The notes under the pieces: model-generated
Told to the model about the DNA's origin: nothing
Database searches by the model: none
The model's input: only the letters and a program-made list of their open reading frames with translations
Origin: Felis catus
Taxonomy: Eukaryota
Assembly (NCBI RefSeq): GCF_018350175.1
Contig: NC_058383.1
Span: forward strand, 6,262,001-6,326,000
Length of the DNA stretch: 64,000 bases
Reading direction: 5' to 3'
Program-made: the position numbers and the translations under genes
Part shown: positions 53,323 to 64,000 of the stretch, piece by piece
Layout: every line of letters starts with the position of its first letter
How positions within the stretch are numbered: the stretch's first letter is position 1

Positions 53323-53864
53323 TTAAGATAAATAATCCAAAGGCAGTGAAAAGAAGATATTAATAAAGATAACAGCACACATTAATGAAAAAGAAAAGAG
53401 TTGCCAATAAAATCAGAAGCCAGTGCTCTTAAATAGTTTTTTTTTAATGAACAAATCTTTTTTAAGTAAGCTCAAGAGAAAAGAAAGGCAGCATAAATAA
53501 CCCATGCAAAGACAAAAGGAGGAGATAAAACCCAAAGACTAAATTTTACAAATCGCAGTAGTACACAGGTGCAACTTTAAAGCAATGGTTAAAGTGGAAA
53601 CTCTTCTAGGAACATATACATTGCCAAAATTGGGCCCCAGAGTAGTAAAACCCTGACCACTACTCATAGTTAGGTGAAACGGTAATTGAAAAGCTCCGGA
53701 CAAAAATAAGGCATCAAGCCCCAACAGTTTTACAGGAGAATTCTATCAAGATTTCCAGATACAGATAATTCCCACCCTATAATAAGAGGAGCCATTCCAA
53801 CCAAGTTCATGAGGCTGACATCAAAACCAGAAACGACGAGAAAAGAAAAGAAAATGGCAGACCA

Positions 53865-54430
53865 TGGTAGATATCCATAATGCTCCCTGTATCCGGTTCT
53901 CCTCTTCCTTAAGACAAATGGAAGACTACACTTCCCAGCTCCCTCAAGTTGGCTGGGACCATGTGACCACAGTACTCCTGGCAGAAGTGGTGTGTGTCAC
54001 TTCTGGGCCAAAGTACAGCATAACTGGTAAGTTATCTCTGTGCCTCCATGAGATGGTAGACCAGCAGAACCCCTATCAGCCAAGAAAGCTGACTGACTAT
54101 ATGGAAAACAGCCCCCACTGACTCGCAGTGAACAGGTACAAAAAGTAAATAATGGTAGGGGCGCCTGGGTGGCGCAGTCGGTTAAGCGTCCGACTTCAGC
54201 CTGGTCACGATCTCGCGGTCCGTGAGTTCGAGCCCCGCGTCAGGCTCTGGGCTGATGGCTCAGAGCCTGGAGCCTGTTTCCGATTCTGTGTCTCCCTCTC
54301 TCTCTGCCCCTCCCCTGTTCATGCTCTGTCTCTCTCTATCCCAAAAAAAATAAACGTTGAAAAAAAAAATTTTTTTTTAAATATAAAAAAAAAAGTAAAT
54401 AATGGTAACCTGAGGAGAGTGGCTAGGGAG
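53865..54430 (+). mobile_element. Old MaLR LTR (MLT1H/J-like) interrupted by the SINE at 54158
   Basis: agactacacttcccagctccct...ccatgtgacc...gcagaagtggtgtgtgtcacttctggg. Confidence 0.6.
54158..54389 (+). mobile_element. Can-SINE, youngest feline subtype; 18-bp TSD aaaaagtaaataatggta
   Basis: TSD 54140-54157 and 54390-54407. Confidence 0.95.
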
Positions 54431-54554
54431 GGCCAGCGAGGGGACAGAGGATGGTACAGGGAGAATACCAGGCTAGGAATTAATGGACTAGAGGGACTTT
54501 GGCCTGACATTTGTATTCTTCTATGAGAAGGATGTATTTATTTATATATTGCCT

Positions 54555-54780
54555 TTATTTTTTTATTTATTTTTTTAAAATGTTTTATTTATTTTTGAGA
54601 CAGGGAGAGACAGAGCATGAACAGGGGAGGGTCAGAGAGAGGGAGACACAGAATCGGAAACAGGCTCCAGGCTCTGAGCTATCAGCACAGAGCCCGACGC
54701 GGGGCTCGAACCCCCAGACCGCGAGATCATGACCTGAGCTGAAGTCGGCCGCTTAACCGACTGAGCCACCCAGGCGCCCC
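54555..54780 (-). mobile_element. Can-SINE, young; TSD tatatattgc
   Basis: direct repeat on flanks; CpG-rich body. Confidence 0.92.
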
Positions 54781-54809
54781 TATATATTGCTTTTTAAAAA
54801 GAGATCTCA

Positions 54810-55015
54810 GGGTGCCTGGGTGGCTCAGTTGGTTAAGCAACCGACTCTTGGTTTTGGCTCAGGGCATGATCTCACAGCTTCGTGGGTTCAAGCCCGGCAT
54901 CAGGCTGTATGCCAGCAGCACAAAACCTGCCTGGGATTCTCTCTCTGCCCCTCCCCCACTCATGCTCTCTCTCTCTCAAAATAAATAAACTTAAAAAATA
55001 AATAAAAATAAAACT
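54810..55015 (+). mobile_element. Can-SINE
   Basis: head, body, tail. Confidence 0.88.
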
Positions 55016-55389
55016 AAATCTCATCAGTCCCAGGAAAAAGAGAAAAAGATAATAGACACAGGAGAGGGAAAGAAGAAGGCAAACCTGAAGAGGGAAGAAA
55101 TTCACTTAACATCTGGAGAAGAATCTCATAGTATTTGTAGAATCTTGGATTGGGAGAAATTTTGACATTACCCTTTTGACAGATCGAAACTATTTATTGG
55201 TACTCCCCCCTCCTCCCCCTGTTTATCTTCTTTTTAAACCGGGGGGGGGGGGGGGGGAATAAACATGGTATTTATTTTTCAAAAAAGTTTCCAGGTTTGA
55301 TTTTGTGGGAAGCAATGTGGTGCAGACATGTCTGATGCAGACGTATATCTAGGGGTAAAGTGAATAATTACTAACTGTAAGACTGACCA

Positions 55390-55590
55390 CAATTTCTGAT
55401 ATTTATTGAGCCTACTCTATGCCAAACACTATTAATAGCACTTTACAGATGATACTTTACCTAGTATTCACAACCGATAAGGGAACCAAGGTTGGGTGAG
55501 GTTAAGTTACTTGCCCAAGACCCAGCCTGTAGGAGGAAAATCTTGAGTCTGAAGCCCAAGCTCTGCACGGCATCATATTTTGCTACAGTG
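55390..55590 (-). mobile_element. MIR fragment
   Basis: atttattgagcctactctatgcca...ggttaagttacttgcccaag. Confidence 0.7.
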
Positions 55591-55770
55591 TGTTTTGAAA
55601 AGGTATAATTATGGTGACAAATTGACATACAACACAAGGAAGGCAAAATACTCTAGAGAAACATGTATTTTTTTTAAAAAAGTAAACAAAGATGACTTTT
55701 AAAAAAAGGCAACTCTTCTAACTAGAGAAAGGAAAACAGTCGTAAAGTAATGGTACTTCATTAAGTATAC

Positions 55771-55943
55771 ATTTTATTTTTTTAATGTTTATTTATTTTG
55801 AGTCAAAGAGCAGGGGTGGGAATCCCAAGCAGGCTGCATACTGCAAGCGCAGAGCCTGACGTGGGGCTGGAACCCACACACTGTGAGATCAGGACCTGAC
55901 CCAAAATCAAGAGTCAGACGCCCGACTGAGACACCCAACTGCC
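55771..55943 (-). mobile_element. Can-SINE, diverged; TSD cattaagt(a/g)tacatttta
   Basis: direct repeat on flanks. Confidence 0.85.
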
Positions 55944-55959
55944 ACTCATTAAGTGTACA

Positions 55960-57420
55960 TTTTAAAATACACCAACCTGTTAAGATATAATTCACAAACC
56001 ATGAAAACTGTACTTTTAAAGTACGAATACAGGGGAACCTGGGTAGCTCAGTCGGTTAAGCATCCAACTTTGGCTCAGGCCATGATCTCTAGTTCGTGAA
56101 TTCAAGCCTCACATCAGGCTCTCTGCTGTCAGCACAGAGCCCACTTCAGATCCTCTGCCCCTCCCCCTCTACCCCTGGAATAGCCAACTCGTTCTCTCAA
56201 AATAAATAAACCTATTAAAGAAAATAAAGTATGGATACAATTCAATAGGTTTTTAGTATATTCAGTTGTACAACCACAACCATTTAATTTCACAATATAT
56301 TAATCATTTCCCAAAGAAGCCCTGACCCATCAGTAGCCACTCCCCATTCTCCTTTTCCCCAGTCCCCAGCAACCCACTAATCTGCTGTCTCTGTGCATTT
56401 GTGAACATGTCGTATACATGGAATCATACACGTGTCGTTTATGATTGGTTTCTTTCATTCAGCATAATGTTTACCATTTCATCCTGAAAGTTTCATTCAT
56501 GTTGTAGCAAACATCGACACTTCATTCCTCTTTGTTGTCAAATAATATTTAGCTATATGGATATTCCACATTCTGCTTAGCCAGTCATCAGATAATGGAC
56601 ATTATTGTTATTACTACATTTCAAGAGCTGTTTTGGCTACTATGAATGACACTGCTAATGCACATTCGTGTAACAAGGTTTTATGGAGACTGATGGGTTC
56701 AAATTTCCTGGGTATATGCCTAGCGGGAGAACTGTGGGGTCACAGGGTCTCTCTGTGTTCAATTTTCCTGGGTATATACCTAGGGGGTGAATTGCAGGGT
56801 CAGGGTCACTCTATGTCCAACATTTTGAGGAACTGTCCAGTTGTTTTCCAAAGTGGCCACACAATTTTACATACTCACCAGGAGTGTATAAAGGTTCCAA
56901 CGTCTCCACCTCCTCACTACCTCTTATTATCTGTCCCAGCACCATTTGTTGAAAAGACCATTCTTTCGTCCCACCTAATCATCCTGACATCACAGTCAAG
57001 AATCCATTCACTATAAATGTGTGGATTTCTGGACTGCTCCATTCCATTCCATTGATCTACATGTGTCTGTTCTTACTGTGGACAACATTCTGTCTCGATT
57101 GCCATAGCTTAGGAGTAAGTTTTATAAGTGGAAAGTGTGTTTCCAACTCTGTTCTAGTTTTTCACAACTGTTTTGGTTATTCTGGATCCCTTGCATTTCT
57201 ATATGAATTTTACAATCAGCTTGTTAAATTCTGCAAATAAAGCCGCTTGGGATTTGGATAGGCAGGTCCTGTGCGGCATCCGTCCAGGAATCTGGAGAGT
57301 GCTGCCATCTTAACGATTTTAAGTCTCCAGTTTATAAACATAGGACGTCTTTCCATTTACCTAGGTTTTCTTCAACGGTGTTTTGTTGTGGTTTTTGGCG
57401 TACAAGTCTTGCTAAATTTT
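55960..57420 (-). mobile_element. Old L1 3' region relic
   Basis: ggaatcatac..., cagcaccatttgttgaaaagacc..., gctgccatcttaacga. Confidence 0.7.
56032..56225 (+). mobile_element. Can-SINE inside L1
   Basis: head, body, tail. Confidence 0.88.
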
Positions 57421-57429
57421 TTTGTATTA

Positions 57430-57660
57430 CTTTAAGGGGAATGGTTTTTAAATTTCTTTTCCGGTAGATTAGTGGCTGCAAAGGAAAGGTGGGGATGACA
57501 GCTAAGGGGTAACAGTGTTTCTTTTTGGGGTGATGAGAACGTTCTACAGTTAGTTGCATGTTGTGATGGTTGTACAAGTCTGTGAATATACTAAAAACCA
57601 CTGAACGGTATACTCAAATGGGTGGATTTTATAGGATGCAAATTCTATCTCAATAAAAAT
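57430..57660 (+). mobile_element. L1MC/MD-type 3' terminus
   Basis: ggggtgatgagaacgttctac...gtgaatatactaaaaaccactgaac...tctcaataaaaatgtt. Confidence 0.7.
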
Positions 57661-58639
57661 GTTACAAGAGAAAGAGAGAGAGAGTGACACATAGAACAAA
57701 CCCTATCAGGTAGATGAAACAAACTTAGCACGTTGTACTTTCCCATTTATCTCAAAAGGAAAGACCGTTCCATTTCCCCAGGCCAATGTCAAAGACACTG
57801 TTAATACACTGGTGGTTGCTTCCAAACACTAACTCCTATTAAGTTGGTCTGCAACAAAGTTTGCCATGACTGCCATAATATTAAGCTAGGGGGAGGGGGA
57901 AAGAAAGCTTCTGCTGTTTACTTTTCTAATGTTGACCAAGTGCATTTCAGAGTGACACATTAAGTCACTTGCCCATTAAGCAAACCACCTAAAGGCAGCT
58001 GCGATGGTTTCAAAATTGTTCAGACAGCCTCTCAACTGAAATCCCTGCTTCCTCTGTTGGTTCGAATCCAGTTGTTCTTAAAACACTGTCAAAATCCCTT
58101 TTGTTAGTATCTGAAGGGTCTCCACTGCCTACAAACTGCTTTCTTTGGCGTTCAAAGCACAACATATGGTTTCTCTTGATTTACTTTACCAACCTTATCA
58201 CCTAAATACGGTTCATTTAACTGTTTCTAGACAACATGGCAATTTCTACCTCTGGGCCTTTTTTCGTGTCACATGCTGTCCTCTATGACATCTAACCAAT
58301 GTTTCCTGACCTATAATATGGGCTTCACAATAGTGCAGGTGCACGGTGGGCACTCGGTATCTGTTGAAGAACCCTACTTCCTGTTTGATGCTAGGCTCTG
58401 TCCCAAGCACTTCACCTACGTTATCTCCTATTCCTTCCACAAACCCTGTGAAGAAACCCAGGGTCTGAGAGGCTACATGCACCGACCCGCTGTCTGGCGA
58501 TAGAAATTCTACTCATTCTTGGGCTACAGCTGATACCCTATCTCTTCCCTGTTAAACCGACAGCAATTGCTCCTTTCTCTGAACTTCTGAAGTATTTCCT
58601 GCCTTTGACACGTAAATCTACCCTACCTGAATTTGACTT

Positions 58640-59590
58640 GGGGGAGACCTTCTTTTTTAGAGCAGTTTTAAGTTCACCACAAAACTGAATGGAAAGTACA
58701 GAGATTTCCCACATCCTCCCTGCCCACCCCCCACCCCACTATCAACATCCCTCACCGGAGTGCTGACACATCACGGTCACCTTAAGTCCACAGTTTTACA
58801 TCAGGGTTCATTCTTAGTAGTGTACATCCTGTGGGTTTCGACAAATGTGTAATGACATGTATACAGCATTTTAGTAGCATCCGGAAGAGTTCCAGTGTCC
58901 TGATACTCCTGCACATTGCCTGTTCATCCCTCCCTCCCTGCTGACTCCTGGCAAGCACCGATCTTTTTGACTATGGGTTTTGCCTTTTCCCGAATGTCAT
59001 ATAGCTGCAAGCCTTTTCAGATCTTCTTTCACTTAGTAACAGGCATTTATGGTTCGTCGTGTCTTTTCATGATTTCATAGCTCATTTCTTTTTAGTAGTG
59101 AATAATAGTCCCCTTGTCTGGATGTATCACAGTCACTTCCCAGTTTTAGCAATTACGAACAGAGCTGCCACAGACATCTGTGTGCAAGTTCTTGTGTGGA
59201 CATTTTGCGTCCCCACCAGCAATGAACGAGAGTTCCTATTTTGCTCTACATCCTTGCCTGTACTTGGTGGCGCTGGTGTTTTGGACTGCAGCCATTTTAA
59301 TGGGTGTGTAGTATTTCACTGTTGCCTTAATTTGCATTTCCCTGGTTGATATATGATAGGGAGTCTCTTTTCATATGCCTATTTGACATCTTTAGATCTT
59401 TGGTGAGATGTTCATTCAGGTCTTTTGCCATTTTTTAATTGGGTTGTTTGTTTTCTTGTTGTTGAGTTTTAAGAGTTCTTTTTATATTTTGGATTAACAG
59501 TCTTTTATCAGTTATAGCTTCCGAAAGTATTTTCTCCCTATCTGCGGCCCTTGTGTTATTTATTTTTCACATTTTTATGTCTTACAAATT
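58640..59590 (-). mobile_element. Old L1 3' region relic
   Basis: tttagagcagttttaagttcaccacaaaactga...; gtatttcactgttgccttaatttgcatttccctg. Confidence 0.75.
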
Positions 59591-59597
59591 CGGGTTA

Positions 59598-59713
59598 ATT
59601 TTTTTCTTTTTTTCTTTTGTTAAAAGTAATCCCTATGCCCAACATGGGGCCCAAACTCACAACCGCAAGGTCAAGAGTCATCCGCTCTACTGACTGAGTC
59701 ACCCAGGTGCCCC
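59598..59713 (-). mobile_element. Can-SINE, short older type
   Basis: head and short body. Confidence 0.85.
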
Positions 59714-59845
59714 TGAGCTTAAATATATCAGTTATTTTGAGTAGCCATACTGCTCCTTCACCTTGGGAAGTAATACCACCCAATAGCTAAATATTTAATA
59801 TTTAATGAAAAGTCTTATCTTTCACATAGAAGACCATGGGTAGCC

Positions 59846-60525
59846 CTTCTATTCCGTGGCAGCCATCAGTTACCAGGTGGATGGCTTATGGCACACTGGA
59901 AGCTATGCAGAAGAACACAGGCTTGTGGGCGGTACACCTGCTCCCCATGTTCCCATGCCTCTTTAACCCCAACTAACCCAATAAAGCCTCAGCCTGGGTA
60001 CATGGCTAGTCCCAATTTTGTCATTTTGCAGATTTGTGTCTGCTGTGGTGGATGCAAGTGCCCAGGTCCTAAGGGTGCAATCCACAGCAAACCTGGCTAA
60101 CCATGGGTCCTAAACACCTGCAGCTGGAACTGGTCACCTCTGGGACCTTAAGAGTCCTAAACTCCTACTAAGCTGGTGAAAATTCCACACACAAATTCTT
60201 TGAAGTTATCCTTACTGATTTACAAACCAGAGTTATCAGAAGATATCGGGGGTATCACCGAGCCAATCCATAGACATGAGGAGATGGGTGGCCAGACATC
60301 TCCTGGCTGCAACTATTGTGGCTTTGGAAAGGACTGTAAGTTTCAGGACACTATCGATAGTTCTCACAGTGTTGTGTGAGAAAGTCCCAATACTCTTCAG
60401 ATCCACAGTCACCACTAATTTAAGCAACCTCTGTAAAATTCAAACCTTAAATTTGATCTGTTAAAACGGTAAATGTCTGCACCTTATTTCATGAATATGT
60501 TGTCAAACTTAAAAAATTAAATAGT
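59846..60525 (+). pseudogene. RPL15: RPL15 processed pseudogene (full length, heavily decayed), antisense within SMURF1 intron 1
   Basis: Frameshifted translation GTLRVLNSY*AGENSTHKFFEVILTD / ITEPIHRHEEMGGQTSPG..GFGKDCKFQDTI / NTLQIHSHH* matches RPL15 [65 protein letters not shown]. Also matches the 5' UTR (ggcagccatcag), an ATG at 59881, TAA at 60416 and a 3'UTR-like tail; no introns. Confidence 0.88.
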
Positions 60526-60858
60526 GGTCCCAAGCCAGTTCAATGAGAAGAGAACAGTCTTTTCAACAGATGGTGCTGGGACAACTTGATATCCACATGC
60601 AAAGAATGAGGCTAGACCCCTACCTCACAACATTCACAAAAATTAGAAGAAATTGCAGGCATAAATCTTTATGACCTGGGACTAGGCAGTGATTTCTTAG
60701 ATGTAGCATCAAAAGTATANNNNNNNNNNNNNNNNNNNNNNNNNNNNNNNNNNNNNNNNNNNNNNNNNNNNNNNNNNNNNNNNNNNNNNNNNNNNNNNNN
60801 NNNNNNNNNNNNNNNNNNNNNNNNNNNNNNNNNNNNNNNNNNNNNNNNNNNNNNNNNN

Positions 60859-60964
60859 ACTCAGTGCAGAGCCCAATGTGGGGCCCGATCCCAGAACCCT
60901 GGAACCATGACCTGACCCAAAATCAAGAGCCTGATGCTCAACCTATGGAGCCCCCCAGGCGCCC
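60859..60964 (-). mobile_element. Can-SINE, 5' part (rest hidden in N gap 60720-60858)
   Basis: head and partial body. Confidence 0.8.
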
Positions 60965-60999
60965 ATGAATAGATATTTCTTCAAAGAAGATACATAAGT

Positions 61000-61214
61000 G
61001 GCACCTGGGTGGCTCAGTTGGTTAAGCATCCGACTTCGGCTCAGGTCATTATCTCGCAGTTTGTGAGTTTGATCCCTGCGTTGGGCTCTGTGCTGACAGC
61101 TCGGAGCCTGCACCTACTTCGGATTCTGTGTCTCCCTCTCTCTCTGCCCCTCCCCCACCTGTGCTCTGTCTCTCTTTATCAAAAATAAATAAATGTAAAA
61201 AAAATAATAAAAAA
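61000..61214 (+). mobile_element. Can-SINE; TSD aagatacataagtg
   Basis: direct repeat on flanks. Confidence 0.92.
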
Positions 61215-61688
61215 AAAGATACATAAGTGACCAATAAGTCCATGATGCTCAACATCAAGTTATCATCAAGGAGACACAAATAAAAACTATAAGGAGATAC
61301 CATTTGGTGTCACTTTGAAAAATAGTCTGACAGTTATTCAAGCTGTTAAGCATACAGTTGCCATATGAACCAGCAATCCACCCCTAGGTACACATAAGAG
61401 AATTGAAAACAGAATCCTGCACACAAGTGTTCATAGCAGCATTATTCATGATAGCCAAAAAGTAGATACAACCCAAATGCTTATCATCTGATGAATAAGG
61501 AAAATGTGGTATGTTCCACACAGTGGAATATTATTCAGCCATAAAAAGGAATGAAATCCTGATATAGGATATATGCTACAGCATGGATGTACCTTGAACA
61601 TATTATGTTGAGTGAGTGAAGCCAAATACAAAGGGCCACAAACTGCATGATCCCATTTATATGAAATGCCCAAAATAGGCAAGTCTAT

Positions 61689-62045
61689 TGCTATAGACTG
61701 AATGTGTCTCCTCAAAATTCCTATGTTAAATCCTAATTCCCAACATGACAGTAGCTGGAGGCAGGACCTTTGGGAGATGATTAGGTCATGGTGTAGAGCC
61801 TCAGGAATGGGACTAGTGCTTTATAAAAGGGACCCCAGAGAGTTCCCGCACCCCTTCAGCTGTGAGAGGACACAGCGAGAAGGTGCCATCTATGAACCAA
61901 GAAGCCGCGCTCCCCAAGCAGTGAGCCTGCCAGCACCTTGATCTTGGCCTTACCAACCTTTAGAACTGTGAGAAATAAGTGTTTATTGTTTATAATCCAC
62001 TCAGTCTGTGGCATTTTTTTATGGCAGCCTGAACAAACTAAGCCA
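61689..62045 (+). mobile_element. MaLR solo LTR (MLT1A/B-like) with 5-bp TSD tctat, inside an L1
   Basis: tgctatagactgaatgtgtc...gcagcctgaacaaactaagcca; tctat at 61684-61688 and 62046-62050. Confidence 0.88.
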
Positions 62046-62219
62046 TCTATAGAGACAGAAAGTAGATTAGTGGCTCTAAGGGCTGAGAATAAAGTGGACA
62101 GGGCCTGACTGCCACAGTATGTGGGCTTTGTCTTGAGAGGGGGTGATGACAAATCCCGAAATTAGATGGTGATGATTGTGCAACTCTGTGAACATCCTAT
62201 ACTACATTCAACACTGTAG

Positions 62220-62431
62220 TTTTTGTTTTTGTTTTGTTTTGTTTTGTTTTTTTGAGAGAGTGTGTGCCCACGAGCAGGGAAAGGACAGACAGAGGGAGAG
62301 AGAATCCCAAGCAGGATCTGCACTGTCATTGCAGAGCCCAATGCAGGGCTCGAACCCACAAACTATGAGATCATGACCTGAGCCGAAATCAAGAGTCGGA
62401 TGCTTAACTGACGGAGCCACCCAGGCACCCC
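62220..62431 (-). mobile_element. Can-SINE with (GTTTT)n tail
   Basis: head, body, tail. Confidence 0.9.
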
Positions 62432-64000
62432 TGACTTGTAGAATTTAAAGGGTAGAGTTTATGGCATGACCATTACGTTGCAATTAAAATATTAAATGCA
62501 CTAGTGGTTTGAGGACTAAGTGTTGTTTGTGTTTTGTAAGACAAACCCTTCAGTCTCAGCTTTCTCTTATTGGTAAGTTACAGGTCATTGTTTAACATGT
62601 TCTGCAGACTGTGTGCAATAATACGTGTTAAATAAATTCTTCAGGCGGGGCTAAAAAGATAATGGCCAGCTACAACGAAAGGAGTAGATGATGTAGTGTC
62701 TGTCCCAAAAGAGATTACAGTTTAACTCAAGAAACAAAACGCATCAACAGGAAAACCAAACAATAGTGCAAAGCAGCTCACTTTTGCTAACCAACATTCA
62801 ATTACTCATCAAGTCATATCAATTCGTCTTTTGTAGTATCTTAAATCTATTCTTTGCAGTCCCAGCGCCATTGCTCAATTCCAGGCGACTCTGGTCTCAT
62901 GTCTGGGTTCTTACAATAGGCTCTGGCATCTCTTTTCTCTGATTCATTTGAATCATGAAGTAATTATTTGTTGGATAAATGAATAGAACACTCTTCATTA
63001 TGTAACTCCCCTACACATAAACCTCTGAGGTTAACTCCACTTCCAAAGTGAAGTACAAATTACTCCCTGCCCCACGCCCCTCCCCCCTGCACGTCCCCAT
63101 CCCCCTACCCCCCACTCCTTTGCTGGGGTCCCTCCCACCACCACCTCCTCCTCCTCTTCACCATCCAGATCTCTGCTTCCCTCTGAGCCTAGTTCAAGTT
63201 CAAGGCTCTCTTCCTCCATCAGCCATCCCCTATCCTGTACTGCCCTGTCAAGTTACACTTTTTATTGGTTACTTACATAAGTCTTCAAACAGACTATAAA
63301 CTCATTGAAAGTAGGACCCATGACAGAGGTAAATCTAAGACTAACATCTTGCTCAACAAACACTGCCATATGGACTCGAACTTCCAAATGAGCCGTACAG
63401 ATGACCGGAATGCAGAGAAACAGAACATTATTGTGGGGATGCCTGGGTTGCATGTGCTTATTTCTGTGGAGGTGAGACAGGCTGAACTTCAAAGAGCGAC
63501 AAGTTTTGGATATATGAAGAGGACGCAGTGTCAGAAATTAGATGGGGTGTGCCGGGGGAAGGAGGCGTATCACGGGACCCAGGTGCCCAATGCTTGCGTT
63601 TCACAGGGAGGATCTACACACTGATACAAATCGAATCTTTAAAATACAATTAAATGGGTTTTTTGTCTTCAAAACCTTTCAAAACTCTACACTACTCATG
63701 AAAATCACATTGATAAGTAAACTAGCAATGATCCCCTGAATAATTTGGCACTTGCATGGACACAGAAGTCTACATTTTCTGCCTGTTACTCACCTGTAAT
63801 AAGATTTTGGGTTAACTTTTCTGCAAATCCACCTACATGGATCTTTTTATCACACTACTAATTTCTGCTCAATTTAAATCTCCAAATAGATGGTATGTGT
63901 GCAGTAGGAAGGGGCTCATTCTTCATATGCTAATATTATTATAACTGCTTAAAGGACATTGGCCTTCATTTGACAGCATGTAAAAAAGAGCTTACTTCCT

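Larger units (their letters stand above)
52500..53830 (+). mobile_element. Old L1 ORF2 (endonuclease to RT) relic interrupted by two SINEs
   Basis: cagagaatacccattcttttcgaacacacgtggaa..., gcatcaagccccaacagttttacaggagaattctatcaa. Confidence 0.65.
60530..62500 (+). mobile_element. Old L1 ORF2 end and 3' UTR, interrupted by an N gap, three SINEs and an MLT1 LTR
   Basis: cttttcaacagatggtgctgggacaac..., ggaatattattcagccataaaaaggaatg. Confidence 0.75.

Noticed and set aside
56690-56820. About 60-bp imperfect tandem duplication
   Set aside because: Lies within an old L1 3' region; diverged and with no evident function
60176-60379. Cys-containing 67-aa ORF (GCNYCGFGKDC) suggesting a small zinc-binding protein
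   Set aside because: It is a frameshifted piece of the RPL15 pseudogene
39881-64000. Search for SMURF1 exon 1 (MSNPGTRRNGSSIKIRLT) and its CpG-island promoter, or KPNA7 exons
   Set aside because: Not found; no promoter-grade CpG island in this interval, so they lie beyond the window

Overview
This is mammalian genomic DNA from a felid. About 40 tRNA-derived Can-SINEs of feline type support that, and the youngest subtype suggests a small cat (inference). The window holds most of SMURF1 (C2-WW-WW-HECT E3 ubiquitin ligase) on the minus strand. I mapped 18 GT-AG coding exons by hand between 39880 and the TGA at 11417-11419. They sum to 2141 nt without the 78-nt cassette exon; adding the 55 coding nt of exon 1 recalled from human gives 2196 nt, i.e. 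the 731-aa isoform. Exon 1 and the promoter are not in the window. 39881-64000 is repeat-saturated intron 1, about 8175-11416 is the 3' UTR (two N gaps), and 1-8100 is downstream intergenic DNA dominated by old L1. A heavily decayed full-length RPL15 processed pseudogene, invisible as a long ORF, lies antisense in intron 1 (about 59846-60525). I found no new biological system that the sequence can support. The best leads are: a CpG island apparently built from an ancient HAL1/L1 relic in intron 12; a proximal poly(A) signal with an upstream poly(C) tract; a fast-evolving cassette exon; a Val-to-Ala change in the conserved C2 strand; and informative SINE insertion architectures. Comparisons with human protein and repeat consensus sequences are from memory and need database confirmation. 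Repeat boundaries are approximate.
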